From contig JAHBMJ010000309.1 in assembly GCA_018398765.1 (NCBI GenBank), forward strand, positions 1 through 50,631: 50,631 nt of DNA, written 5' to 3'. The translations under genes were made by a program, and so were the position numbers. The notes under the pieces were generated by a model. That model searched no databases and was not told the DNA's origin. It worked only from the letters and a program-made list of their open reading frames with translations. The DNA comes from Chromera velia. Its lineage: Eukaryota. This document shows positions 11,796-32,284 of this stretch, in pieces (the first letter of the stretch is position 1; every line of letters starts with the position of its first letter).

Positions 11796-13154
11796 ATGTG
11801 TCTTCTGCAGATAGTAGTCACATAATCTTCCCCTCCTTGACTGGCTCAGCACGTGCTGCTTCTCTCCCAAAAAATTCCCCCAACAGTTCGAAGATCTGTG
11901 ATCCCTCGGTCACATTCTTTCCGCGCAATATCGACAGGAAAGAACTGCAATTCCATTGCCTCATGCAGTGAAAGCAAAAAGTTGAAGAGAAAAGCGCCGT
12001 CTGCTCGTGACCTTAAGAAAATTGAGCAGGCAGCCATTTAATTGGTTCAAAATGCTATGCGCCCGTCAAAAACATTTGTAGGACTGGAAGAACTATGGAT
12101 AGAAGAGTTGCCAGACTTTGGAAAAACAGATATGCTTGTGTGCCCGATAGGGTACAAAGATGAACCCGGTTTGCCAATCTAACTGAAGTCTACGTCGAGG
12201 CCGTACCAGCTTCCGAGAAAGACGAAACGCCCAGGCTTGCGATGGGAGTTCAAGAATGTGAGCGGGTATAAAGGAATGCCAGTTCTCTGTCTCTCTATAG
12301 AAAATGGTCAACAAGGGGAAACGAAGGTTTGGCACTTCCTTAGTGATGAATTGGACCATTTAAAAAGCCCCGGTTGGTTAAATATACTAAGTGGGGGGAA
12401 GTACGATACTGAAAACAGCCGGCTTAGACTCAAATCTGACTGCCACAGTGCTAGCACGCGTTATGTGGGGGAAGTTTTGCTTTCAATTTGGCATGAAGCG
12501 CTAGATGGCGATTCCTGATACAAGCTTCGACCCATTTGCTCCATACAAGCAGAACAAAGTCGGTCACACCTCGCTGAGTGGAAAATGCGCCAGCAAGCTT
12601 TGTTGGTCTTGCAGAGGGTCAAACATGTCGGAGGAATTAAGGTGCGCAGAGCTCCCTTCCGTTCTGACTCCTATGATCTTGAAATTCGGCTGAGGGATTT
12701 TCTTTACATACCCTGGCAACGGTTGCAGCTGAAGAGTTCCCATTGGAAGGCGAAGGAGCGACTTGCATATGCACCTCTCAGAAAGTGGCGTGGCTTCATG
12801 ATGCCTTACTGTGAGGGCGATTTTGACTTCCTTTTTGTCAGTTTCTTGCAGAATAACGCCACCATATCCTTACAATTGTTGGCTTTGCATCCTTTGTTCG
12901 GCATGTCTTTTGGGTAAAATTGACGATATTGGTACCTGATACCAGAGAAAGCGTTTTTCTACGAAGGTACTATTGTGTTACTCAAAAATCGAGAGAAAGG
13001 CATAACAGATATTGGTCTAGATTTTTCGCCAACGCCTCTTGCTATGAAAGGATCGCGTGCATCCCGTTTTCTTTGCTGGCGGATTGATTCATTCGATCAG
13101 GCAGCAAGTGAACAAAAGATTGTATAACTTCTTTTTGAAAAAGTTTTTCTTTGA
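11796..13154 (+). pseudogene. intronless double PD-(D/E)XK nuclease-like gene, copy 2 (disrupted)
   Basis: One frame from ATG 11796 to TGA 13152 joins ORFs 11853, 12237 and 12585: EQAAI*LV...KTDMLVCP...LPI*LKST...WEFKNVSGYKGM...SYDLEIR...RLQLKS...YCEGDFDFLFV...RYWYLIPE...GITDIGLDF. Internal stops at 11823, 11838, 12039, 12180, 12516, 12915, 12921 and 13125. Confidence 0.72.
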
Positions 13155-15226
13155 TAAAAAAATATAAAAAACCATTGTCCGTTTTTTTCTATAAAAATGG
13201 AACGACTTGTACTAGGACTTGTATTATTCAATCTAGTATTCAATTTATTAATAACATGTTTTGCTCTAGCTAGGGAGGGAGGGGGGCCGGGGGGGAGGGG
13301 GGCGGGGGAGAGATTTCAAACATATATAATTTTTAGTATAATTTTGACTATTGCTTGTCTTATTACTACTACACATGTAACCAATTGGTTACAAATTCTA
13401 ACCCAAATCCTAACTGGTAGATAATTAATTTTGAAAATGATTGGTTACTAAGGTGATTTGTAATAAGTTTTCAAAAGGCGGGTAATCATACTAATCAATT
13501 TTTAAGTGGATTTGTTACCAATCATTGACTCATGATCTTTATATGATCAAAAACCTTTGTATAATTTTTGAGGAGATGAATGTTCAAACTTGAACTTAAC
13601 TACAGTTTGAAACAACTTTAATTTTCTTTTTATCCGAGTTTTTTAAGTTTTAACCTAGCTTTTAACTCACTCAAAGTTTAAAATTTGATCTCAAATTAAA
13701 ACCTACTCAAAATCCTAATCAAAATCACGATAACAAAATTATTTAAAGTCATATAGTTAAATCAGTGTTTAAAACTAGGTTTAAAAAGTTTTTAGCCGTG
13801 AACACACTTAGGATTAGAATTTGGATTTGCATTAATGTTTGAAGGGTTAGCCTCCCGCCCCAATGCCGAATATCGGCAGAGCAGTAAACAGGACAGAAGG
13901 AAGAGACGAAAGACGGATAGGCCAGATGCTAGGAACAAACTTTAAGTCAATGCCCCCAGAATATCAGACGTGGCCGCAGTGCGGCTTCCAGGAAAAGCAT
14001 ATATAGATGCATCAGACCTCTTCACTAGCTTTGGGCGTATGACAGCAAAAAAAAAAAAAATACTCAAAATAAACCAAAATTGGCTCAATTTTCTTTTTTT
14101 TTTCACAACACCTAAGCAACACTTGTGCAACACTAAAACAATAGTTACTATGCAACACTAGAACAACAGTTGTTTGTCATGAAATATCGCCCGGCTGCTT
14201 TGGGCAAAAAAAAAAACTTTGAAAACGAGAACGGGCTTAACTTTTTTTTTCTCTGTGATACGCCTAGCCCTAGCCGGCCTGTACAGGTCTAGCCTGTACC
14301 AGAAACGGATCACATTGAACAAATCAATTAGTGACAATCACCTGCTCACTCCATTCCAAAGCAGGGTTTGAAACTTTTAAGTAATAATTAGTAATGATAG
14401 TTTGATATAAACTGTTTATCATAAACATTCATTCTAGCATTCATTATAGTTTTGTGTATATACAAAAGTTTGTTCTTCGCATAAATTTATCTAAAAGCTT
14501 ATAACTTTAAAAAGAATTTGTTTTATCTTTGAGTAATCGTTAGGTTATCATTATGAGTTTCCAATTCATAAAGCTTAGCGCGAAACGACCCTTTGTGCAA
14601 ACCTATAGGTACAAACATTTATAAACATTTTATTCGATCGAGTTAATGATTTGATTAATTATCAAACCAAAGCAGCAGGTCGGGCAACGCCTCCGGAGGG
14701 TCGCCGCTCGACAAGGCCGCAGCACAGCAGCAACTGAGGCAAGTTCCCGTGTATGGGCAGATGAGAAAAGGAGCGATTCTTAGTAACACTGGCAGGTACT
14801 GCAACTCTTCTTCAGCCTTCTCTTTACCAAGAACGCGCACCGAGCAGTCAGGGGAGCATTTACTCATGGATAATGAAGGGGGGGAAACGGAAAGAGTTCA
14901 GCAGTAGGCAACAAGACTGACAGACGCGCGGTCCAAGTCGATGCACGCACGTCTGTCCGTATTAAGGCCTCCATCGTGAATACATACAAGTCAGTTGCAA
15001 AACGGAAATAGGTCTGGAAATACAGAAAAGACCATCACGCATAATCGGGTCGGTCAGATTAGTTAATTTTTGTGGGACCCGCCCCACTTGCAAAAAAACT
15101 GACACCCTACAACATCAGAAACTTGTGAATTAATTCTTTTGCACCCATGTTGCACGCCCACCTCCCTCATAGTTCAATGGGCACATACGTTTTTCTTTTC
15201 CACACTTTCTTTCTGTCCCCGCCCCC

Positions 15227-15250
15227 NNNNNNNNNNNNNNNNNNNNNNNN
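15227..15250. other. assembly gap (N run)
   Basis: Ns within a poly-C tract. Confidence 0.99.
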
Positions 15251-15592
15251 CCCCCCCCCGCCCCCTCTCTCATACAACGATTCCATTCATGCACCTACTC
15301 CATGACCTCCCTCCCAAACTTTCCACCTGTACATCTCTGCAACACCCCTCACTCGGTCCTTTCCATGCTGGCTTGGCAGTCCTATCTTTGGCCCCTGCCC
15401 TCTTTCACCCCTCTCGTCCATCGTTGAGAGATGAAAACACCTGCAAGAACCTGAAGCCTTAATCGAGGCTTTGTGAGGAGTTTTCGTATTCACTTTTGAA
15501 GAAGCAAAGACTCTCCCTTCGACTGCCTGTCCCCTGCACTTGTGCAACCGCCGAGACAGAGCCAAAGGAGGCCTTCTTTCCTTCCCTCTTTT

Positions 15593-15628
<36 letters not shown>

Positions 15629-15876
15629 TCAATCTCGATGGTGGACGCACCCGGTTCCTTCTTAATTTTTCTCTTCATATATATTTGTCTCATTCTGCGA
15701 TGCATGCAAGAAGCATGCGGTTCTCTTTCGTTACATGCATGTGCGGGTTTCGTTTCGTGGGATTTCTTAGAGCGTTACTGTAACTTTCTCAGTCCCACCT
15801 ATTAGTTTCACATGCGACCCCTCACGATGCCTCTCTCTCTCTCTCTTTCCTAGTGAGGGCCCTAACGTCGTCCCAC

Positions 15877-24326
<8,450 letters not shown>

Positions 24327-24661
24327 GATGGAATTCGAATTTTAAGGGTTTGTCTCGCTGTGTTAAAACGAGTGGAGATGATCTGAACAAGCAACAGAAG
24401 TCAGAGACCCCAACTAACGTTTGCGAAGAGCTAGGGCAGCTTGGGATCACGCTCCTGGTGCTTTAGACGTAGGAAATGTAACTTTGGAGGGCTTTCTTCA
24501 TTGTATATAAAGAGCCTCTCATCTGAAGCATTCTCAATTAAGAACGTCGATCTCTAAATGAATTTGATTGAGTGAATAGCCGATTAATTGTTCGTTCGAA
24601 TCCATGCATGCATCCATGCATGCATGCAGATTATATTCATGCTCCCCCGGCCGGGTCATAA

Positions 24662-24888
24662 CGGCCTTTTAAATTGGGGCGTCCATTTTGGTCGGTCCCC
24701 AAAGCTGGGCCGAGCGCCAATCCCGGGGGGCATGCATAATCAACGCACGGCCTTTTGGGACGTCCATTTTGGTCGGTCCCCAAAGCTGGGCCGAGCGCCA
24801 ATCCCGGGGGGCATGCATAATTAACGTACGGCCTTTTGGGGCGTCCATTTTGGTCGGTCCCCAAAGCTGGGCCGAGCGCCAATCCCGG
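24662..24888. repeat. 81-bp GC-rich tandem repeat, about 2.8 copies, in the divergent intergenic region
   Basis: GTCCATTTTGGTCGGTCCCCAAAGCTGGGCCGAGCGCCAATCCCGG starts at 24681, 24762 and 24843 (period 81). Confidence 0.95.
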
Positions 24889-25261
24889 CTACGCCCCGGG
24901 GCATCCGGCCCGTGATTGATGAGTGCCGCTTCACAAGATTCAATCGACCATGCAGTCACTCGGATTATGAGTCGGATAGATCTATATATCGGACGACGCC
25001 GTCGTGACGGACAATGCTTGAATTGTGCTCAATTGCAAGCTGGTGGGGGTGTGCGTTCCGGGTGAAAGAAGTGATGGACACTTTCGTCCGAGGGCCAGAT
25101 TAAGCCCCCGACTTCTTTTTTCTTTCATGGCTGCGTATCCACTGTTGTTCGTAAGCCTCATGGCTTGGCCTCCGAGATCATAATTGGTCGCCGTCTGCAG
25201 CCATCTTCCCTGCGTCACTTTTGTCAGCTTTGGCTTTATAATTGACAGAAAGACAAGCAGC

Positions 25262-25713
25262 ATGTGGCTACCGCTTGCGGCGTCTTGTGTGTCGGTGGTC
25301 ATCTTCTTGTGTGCCTTCATTCCATGGCACGAGGGCACAGACGACAACCTGGTCAGGAGCTCTGTCTTTGTGGCGGAATGGCTCTCAGAAGGTCAGCGTA
25401 GACGGATATTGAAGCTTGCACACATGAACCGGAAAATGATGCGCCTCTATTTCGCCTGCTTCAAGTTTTTCTGCTGCACGGTGAGGGCGCAGGACCCTTC
25501 ACCTTGAAGCGGCTGTCTACTGACCACAGCCGTCTCACGAGACCCTGCTCGGACAGCCTGGTGCTCTTTGTGCCGGGACACGCGGGAAGCTGGAAGCAGG
25601 TTATCCCCCTGAGTGAATGGACAAAGAAGATGGCCGGGACGGACTTTTTTGCAGTGGACTTCAACGCCGAGCCAACGGCCTTGCACCACTCTTTTCTTGC
25701 TCCACAGGTCCGT

Positions 25714-25776
<63 letters not shown>

Positions 25777-26520
25777 AGTCAGTCAGTCCCCCTCCGCAGG
25801 TCCGTCTGCCCACTCCCGCCATTGGTTGGCGGTCATTGACGTTGGCGTGGTTCTTCAAGTCTGAAAGAAGACTGCGCGTGGCTTGGCTGAGAATTGCCTT
25901 TCTATGTTTGCAGGCGCGCTTCGTGAGGGAGTCGCTTGCGCACATTCTGCAAGCCTGTGGAGAGAGGGGCGGCAAGTCCCGGGTGGGTGAGTGCCTTGGT
26001 TTGCTGTTCTTCTGCAGACAGGGCATGCAGGAGGAGTGGAAGGGGGGGAGAGGGGAAAGGGTATTCGTTGATGGCGTATTCAACTCACGTGGGGAAAGTA
26101 CAGGACTGTGAACGGATTGATGCTCACGCACTTTGTTACTTTGATATGAAATCACCCACTCCGTCTTGTTCTCTTTCTTTCACCTACTCAACGGCCACCA
26201 AATCTGCAAAATGCTTCCTGAATGAGGACCTTGGTGGCTGGCTGGTTGACTGCAGGTGGTGGTCCTTGCTCACTCAATGGGTGGCCTTGTGAGCCTGAGG
26301 GTCAGAGCGCGAGAGTATGAGAGAGAGGGGGGAAGAAAGGGGAGGGAACGGAGTTGGGGTTCTTCTGGGGTCCTCCCTCATTCTTTGGCCTTTTCAGAGT
26401 CCCGATTTTTTTCCCTTGTTCCTCAGTTTCATTTGGCGCCTTTTGGTTGAGTTCCCGAGCCCCTCATATTTTTGGGATCTCGTTCTGTTTTTCTGTGTGC
26501 GTACTCTCTCTATCTCTCCC

Positions 26521-26571
<51 letters not shown>

Positions 26572-27000
26572 TGTGTGCGCGTGCGTGCGTGGCTATAAGC
26601 CGACACAAAAGAACACCTTTGCGGGTTTGCCTGTGTTTGTCTGTCTGCATGGAGTGGCACACATGCAGGCGCTTTCGGATTCCCCTGACGAGGCCCTTCT
26701 TGATGGCGCCTCGATGCCTCTTGCCGCCCCCCTCCTCGAGTCGGTGAGTGCCTTCGTCTGCCTGGCATGCCCCCTCTCTGGAGCGCCCGGTCTGTTGGAC
26801 CCTCAGATGGCAGCGTGGTACCACGAGACACTCACTAAACTTTGGAACTACAGGCAGACAGCGAAGACACCGAAAGCAGGGAGAGGAAGAGACTTGCCCC
26901 CCTTCTTGTCTGTTGCGAGCGGCTTCCGGGACCATCTCGTTCCTCCTCCCTTCACAAAAATTCCGCGAGAGTTGTCGTCAGTGTTCCACTGTCATTGGGT

Positions 27001-27038
<38 letters not shown>

Positions 27039-30000
27039 GCAGGGGGAGAAACTGGGCTGAAGGAGGGAGGGAAGGAACGGACGAAAAGGCACAGAACAAA
27101 AGGAACGAAATAGGGGACAACCTCCATCACACAATCTGTCTGTCTACTGAAAAGGATTGTTTTCCTTTTCCGCGCCTCCGTTCACAATCCCTCTCTCGGC
27201 CTTTTTCCTCTCTCTCTCTCTCTCTCTGTCTCTGTATGTGTGTGTGTGTGGATCCACATGTGTGTGGGTGCGTCGACCTTGCAGATGGAGTTCCCACACC
27301 TCCCGGGTATCGGCCGTTCGACTTCCCACATCTCCTCTCTCCACACGCGACCCTCTCTGCTCTTCCTCAGTTCCCTCCTATCGAGACTTTCCGGAGGGGA
27401 AAAGGGCAAGGCCAAGAGCGCACAAGCCTGGCCCGGGTGGAAGAAAGAGGAAGAGAGCGCCCTGGATGATTCCGATCGGGGAGAGGGAGCAAGGAGGGAG
27501 GGGTTCAGAGGATACAGCGAGATGTTTGAACTGAAAAGCGACGAGTGGATAGGACGAATGATTGACTCTCAGTGTCCTCCGGTTGATGAAGACGGAGAAG
27601 CAGAAGAGTTTGAGAACACCAGTCCTTTTGCGGAGGGAGGCAGGGCATCCTCTTGTGTCTCGACGGTGGCAGGGGGAAGAGGGGCACTGCGACTGTCTTT
27701 TCCTGCTTCCAATGTAAGAAAGAGCGCAGAGGAGAATGAAGAAAGGGAGGGGGGGAGAAGGCGCAGTGTGATGGTGTCCATTCCATCAGAGCTCTGGGAG
27801 GAGGGAACGAAAATGGGGAGAGAAGCGGAGGATGGGGAAGCTGGGGCGATCGTTTCTGTTGTCATCAGTGCGCCCCCCTGTGAGTTGCTGCTGTTGGGGG
27901 CACACACGACTTCTGCCTTCTTTGGCATTTTTATGTCTTCCTCTCTGCATGCCCGCCTCTTCTATTGCATGAGGCTTCGAATGGTCGTTTCTCTTTGTTA
28001 GTAATCCTCTTGCTCAGTCCAGATCAGTCCCCTCTCTTTCTGCCTGCTTTCCCTTCCTTCTGAGCCTCTAAATGCCCTCGTGGCTAAAGGTGTGAGGCGA
28101 ATCCGCTCGATTGACTCACTGCTTAATTCCTACTCTCTCCTCACATTGTTTCTGCAGATTCTCTCGAGACCGCGCGGCGTCTCTCACCCTTCCGTGTGGC
28201 TGTTGACGAAAAGAGAATTCGTAACGATTTTGTCGAATTTGAGAAACTCCACTGCGTGCACGGGGGAACAGAAGGAGAAGGAGAGGGGAGAAAGCACGGG
28301 CAAAAGCAAAAGCAAAAGGCAGACAGACTTGCTGTGCAGATTGAAGTCATAGCCAGAGTCTGTTGGAGTAAAAAGAAAAAAACGAGAGACGATGACAGAA
28401 CATGCGCCAACAGTCTGCTCTCCCCCGTTCAATCCTCTCCGGTGTTTCCCTCCAAATTTTGTCTCTGGAAATGGAGACTTTCCGGCAACAGTCTTCCACT
28501 TCCTCGAAGTGCAGACGTGTCGTCCGTCTCTCTGCTTGTCTCGGTGACTGGCGAGGGGTGCGATGCGGAGCAGCCAGTGTCAGGTTGGCTTCGTGTGGAC
28601 AGAGAGAAAGAAGGGGGAGGGAGTGGGGGGAATTCAAAAGGCATTGACGCAGAAGGAGGGGAATGGGAGTGGAGTGAAACAGAGGGGGATCCTTTTTCGT
28701 TTGACGACGACGAGTTAGCAGAGGCGATCCAAGCGAAAAGAATGTCCGCAGAGAGGACTAGGGGGGGGCGTTTGGGTTTGGTCATGAGTTTGTCGTTTTG
28801 GCTGCGGGCTCTTGTAGGGCCTGTCACGCTTGTACAGGAGGAGGATGACAAGACGGGGGGGCGTCTGGGGAGAGACCGGGGGGGAAGCCTTGTACCTAGT
28901 TTCCATGTGCCCATCGACGTTGCCTGGGCCCCTCTGATGCCTCTGGATGCCGGGGTCCGATTGCAAAAGTGGGCCGTTGGAAGCGGTCGAAAGAAAGCGT
29001 CGACTCAGCCGGACCCCCCTCCTGTTATTTCTCTTTTGTCTTATATTGAGGGGGTGTCCAAATCCACCCTCCTTGAGAATATGGGTGGATCCTCGTCAGG
29101 CTCAGCTGGCGTAACAGAGTGGGTGTCTCTGAGTGAAGAGGCCCTAGTCAGCGTGTGCTCCCTGAAGGGCGCCGTTGTGAGGTCCCGGGGGTTGAATGAG
29201 TTGCGTGGACTTGCGTGGAGTGCGTCAGACACTAGGGACATCGGAAGGGGCGGTGAGGGGACGTGGAAAGCGGACGGAGGGTTTAAAGCTGCATGTAAGG
29301 GAGAGGAAAAAAGAGAGTGTGAGGCAAGAAAGAGAAACGCAATTAGAGAGCTGTCCCTGTTCTTGAAGTGGTCTGATGTGTGGAGACTCATGCTCTCAGG
29401 ATGGAAAGCGATCAGAGAGGGACCTCTGCTTTTCCTCTTGCCTGTTCCTGGGTTGGGACTTGGAAGGGCATCGGGGGAAGCAAACTCTGTGGGGTGTGCG
29501 GTGAGAGTTCCGTTCACTACAGGGAGGGAGGGTGGGGGACAGAGAGGTGGTACAGGCCTCACAGAAGTTCCTCAATTGAAATTTGACCTGATAGCAGATC
29601 CAATGTCTAGGCCAGAGGTCGTTGTGCGTGCAGCTCCTTTAGCAGCTGCTTCAGCGTTGGGTCGCCTGTTCTGGCAGGCTCTGTTTGTGGGCCTCTGCTG
29701 TTGCATTGCTTTGGTGGCGGTTTTGGAATCTCCCCCACAATCTTCTCGGTCCTCTGCCTCAGTCAGTCAGTTCGTCAGTCTCAGGTTGTGAATCTTGCCT
29801 TCCCTGCACCTTGTGTCTCTTGTTTTCTCTTCTACTTTCTTCTACTTTGTGTCTGTATCCCGTTTTCCTTCGTTTTGAGTTTCTTTCGCTGCAAGTTGCA
29901 CAGTCGAAGGGGTTCTCTCTGTTTTGATTACTGCTTCTGGCTCTGGCTTTCGCGCTGTTTGTGTTTCTGTATGTAGGTGCTTGCGCTTTCGTGAACTCTA

Positions 30001-32284
30001 GGTGATATCGACTGCTGCATTTTTTAATTTGTACCCGTTTGCTATGGGCATTTTTCTCCTTTGTCGTCGTCTGCTCTTAATGAATCTCTGTGTATCCCTT
30101 GTCTCCGTGCCTGTCTGTGCGTCCCTCCACTTGATGCTGATCGAGTCAATGCAGCATGGTGGAACGGGACAAGGGGATCAGCATGATGGAATCTCTTGCG
30201 CGCTTTCTTCTGTCCAGAGTCGGAGGCCTGTCCTCTGTATTTGGGCACTGACCGCTTCTGTTGCCTTCGTGTTGCTGCACAGATGGGCGAAGGACGATTT
30301 TGGGGATGGGGGACTTTTGGTGTCAGTAGCACGGTGGCTCTTGGCTGCAGACCATCCTTTTCGAGTGTCGGATAAATTTGGCCTCGCGTCGGGATGGCCG
30401 CCCTCGGTGGACTCTGTCTTGTTCTTGATGCTTCTGCTTTTGACCTCTTCCTTTGCGACAGAAACTCTGGTCTGCTTGCCGTTACGATTTGTTCAATGCT
30501 TTGTTTGGATACGAAAGTGCTTGAGAAGCAGACAGACAAAAAGAGATGATCAAAAGAAAAGTGAGAGCATGGAAGACAAAGAGAGAGATAGCGAATTAAT
30601 CCCAGAAGACGCGAAGGGCAGAGATTCAAAAGAAGAAACGGAGGCTTTATTGATTCGCGCTTCCACTCCTTCCCCTTCATCCGGCGGATCCTTTGACTTC
30701 CTTTTCCTCTTCTCCAGCCTTTTCCTTTCAGTTCTCTCCCCCTCTCTGCTTGCGCTCTTTCTTGCCCTCCAGCACTCAGTCGGCCTCTTTGAATTTATGT
30801 CCTCCCCGACTAATTTGTTGTCTCTGTTGCCACGTGATGGGAAGATGAGGGAGTGTACAGAAGAGGATTCAGGCACGGGCACAGGTTTGGGTGTGGGCGC
30901 CTTGGAGGACTGCGACGTCCGCGTCGAGTCTCCACGGGAAGATTTGAGGGGGAGGGAGACGGGTGGCATGCGGAGACGGCGGGGGGGGGGGGGGGGCGAT
31001 GAGGGAGATGGGGNNNNNNNNNNNNNNNNNNNNNNNNNNNNNNNNNNNNNNNNNNNNNNNNNNNNNNNNNNNNNNNNNNNNNNNNNNNNNNNNNNNNNNN
31101 NNNNNNNNNNNNNNNNNNNNNNNNNNNNNNNNNNNNNNNNNNNNNNNNNNNNNNNNNNNNNNNNNNNNNNNNNNNNNNNNNNNNNNNNNNNNNNNNNNNN
31201 NNNNNNNNNNNNNNNNNNNNNNNNNNNNNNNNNNNNNNNNNNNNNNNNNNNNNNNNNNNNNNNNNNNNNNNNNNNNNNNNNGGGGGGCGATGAGGGAGAT
31301 GGGGTGAATTTGAGTGGAGATGCAGACCGCCAACCCGCAGAGTCAACGGACGAAGCCTCGCGAAACAGCACAAACGGGAGCAAAATGAAAACATCCGGAA
31401 AAAAGCAACGAAGAGAAGGGAGAGGAAGAGCCGTCTCGGGAGACGGAGACGACGCTATTCCTCGTGAAGGACCCCAATCCCGCGGTCCGTCTCCTTTTCC
31501 ATCCGAATCGATGCCTCCAGACCCTAGAGACCTTCAGGCTGCGTTGGCCCTCAGGCTTTCTGCCGTCTGTCTTCTCTCCTGGGCAACGGCATTGGTTCGC
31601 ATTCCGGCGCTGCTTGCAGTATTGCGTCGGCTGATCGGTGTGGGTGCGGAAATTCGGCGCTCGGGCCCGCACCGTCTCTCCAATGCTCTGTCTAGCGCAC
31701 TCATGGCCGATTCCCCCTGGGAGGGGGGGGGGAGGCCGTCAGGGGAAGCGTTGGTTCCCTCCGTGTGCCTGCTGGTGGGGGCTGTTGCGTTGTCTGGTGG
31801 AAAGAGATGGAGAAAGGGGAGCGATGTCGAAATTCCTGGGAGAGAGACGCAGAGAGGGATTTCCAAAAGGATGTCCTCGAATTTGTTTGGAATTCTGGAA
31901 GAGTGGCGCGTTGTGACGGTCAGTCAGTCAGCTGTCAAAGGGCGTATGATCTTTTTGTCTCCTCAAAGTGTTCTCCCTCTGTTTGGAGTTGTTGAATATG
32001 CAAAACTTTTTTCCTTTGTTTTTCTCTAGCTTGCCTGCCAGGGCCTACCCGATTTCAAAGGTCCCTCCCCCCTCCGATCCTTATGCATCTCCATTGGTCC
32101 TTCGGAAGCTGTTTCTGGTTCTGTATGAATTGGGGCAATGTGTTTTTTTGATGTCCAGTTGGACGTGTTCTTTCTCTGTGTGATGCAGGCGGTGCTTGTC
32201 TCTGTTCTTGGTCCAGCTTTTGTTGGTGCCTGTCCGTGGAGGATTCCGATGATCCTTCCCTTGTTAGTAGTGCTAGTGTCTTGA
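25262..32284 (+). CDS. PGAP1: GPI inositol-deacylase (PGAP1/Bst1-like alpha/beta hydrolase with C-terminal multi-TM region)
   Basis: N-terminal hydrophobic anchor; VLFVPGHAGSWKQV; DFFAVDFN.EPTALH; nucleophile elbow VLAHSMGGLV (26256-26300); SVASGFRDHLV (Asp); GRSTSH (His). Exons: 25262 onward (first intron ambiguous) to 25707, 25914-25982, 26256-26300, 26669-26998, 27285-27879, 28158-29761, 30002-31918, 32189-32284, with consistent phases. Confidence 0.8.
31014..31281. other. assembly gap (N run), probably a false gap
   Basis: The same 23-mer GGGGGGCGATGAGGGAGATGGGG sits on both sides; collapsing it (291 nt) keeps the reading frame. Confidence 0.9.

Noticed and set aside
13376..13393. 18-bp perfect palindrome TGTAACCAATTGGTTACA downstream of the nuclease pair, as a target site or element end
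   Set aside because: One such palindrome in 50 kb is not unlikely by chance, especially in AT-rich DNA, and no partner was found on the left flank.
13197..13424. 75-aa hydrophobic ORF
   Set aside because: AT-rich codons produce the I/L/F bias; no splice or homology support.
24662..24888. 81-bp repeat as a CRISPR-like array or as coding ORFs (24588-24959)
   Set aside because: The putative spacers are nearly identical to each other; the ORFs exist only because the period is a multiple of 3.
31014..31281. Direct repeats around the N gap as a target-site duplication of an insertion
   Set aside because: More simply an unmerged contig overlap at a poly-G tract; collapsing it keeps the frame.
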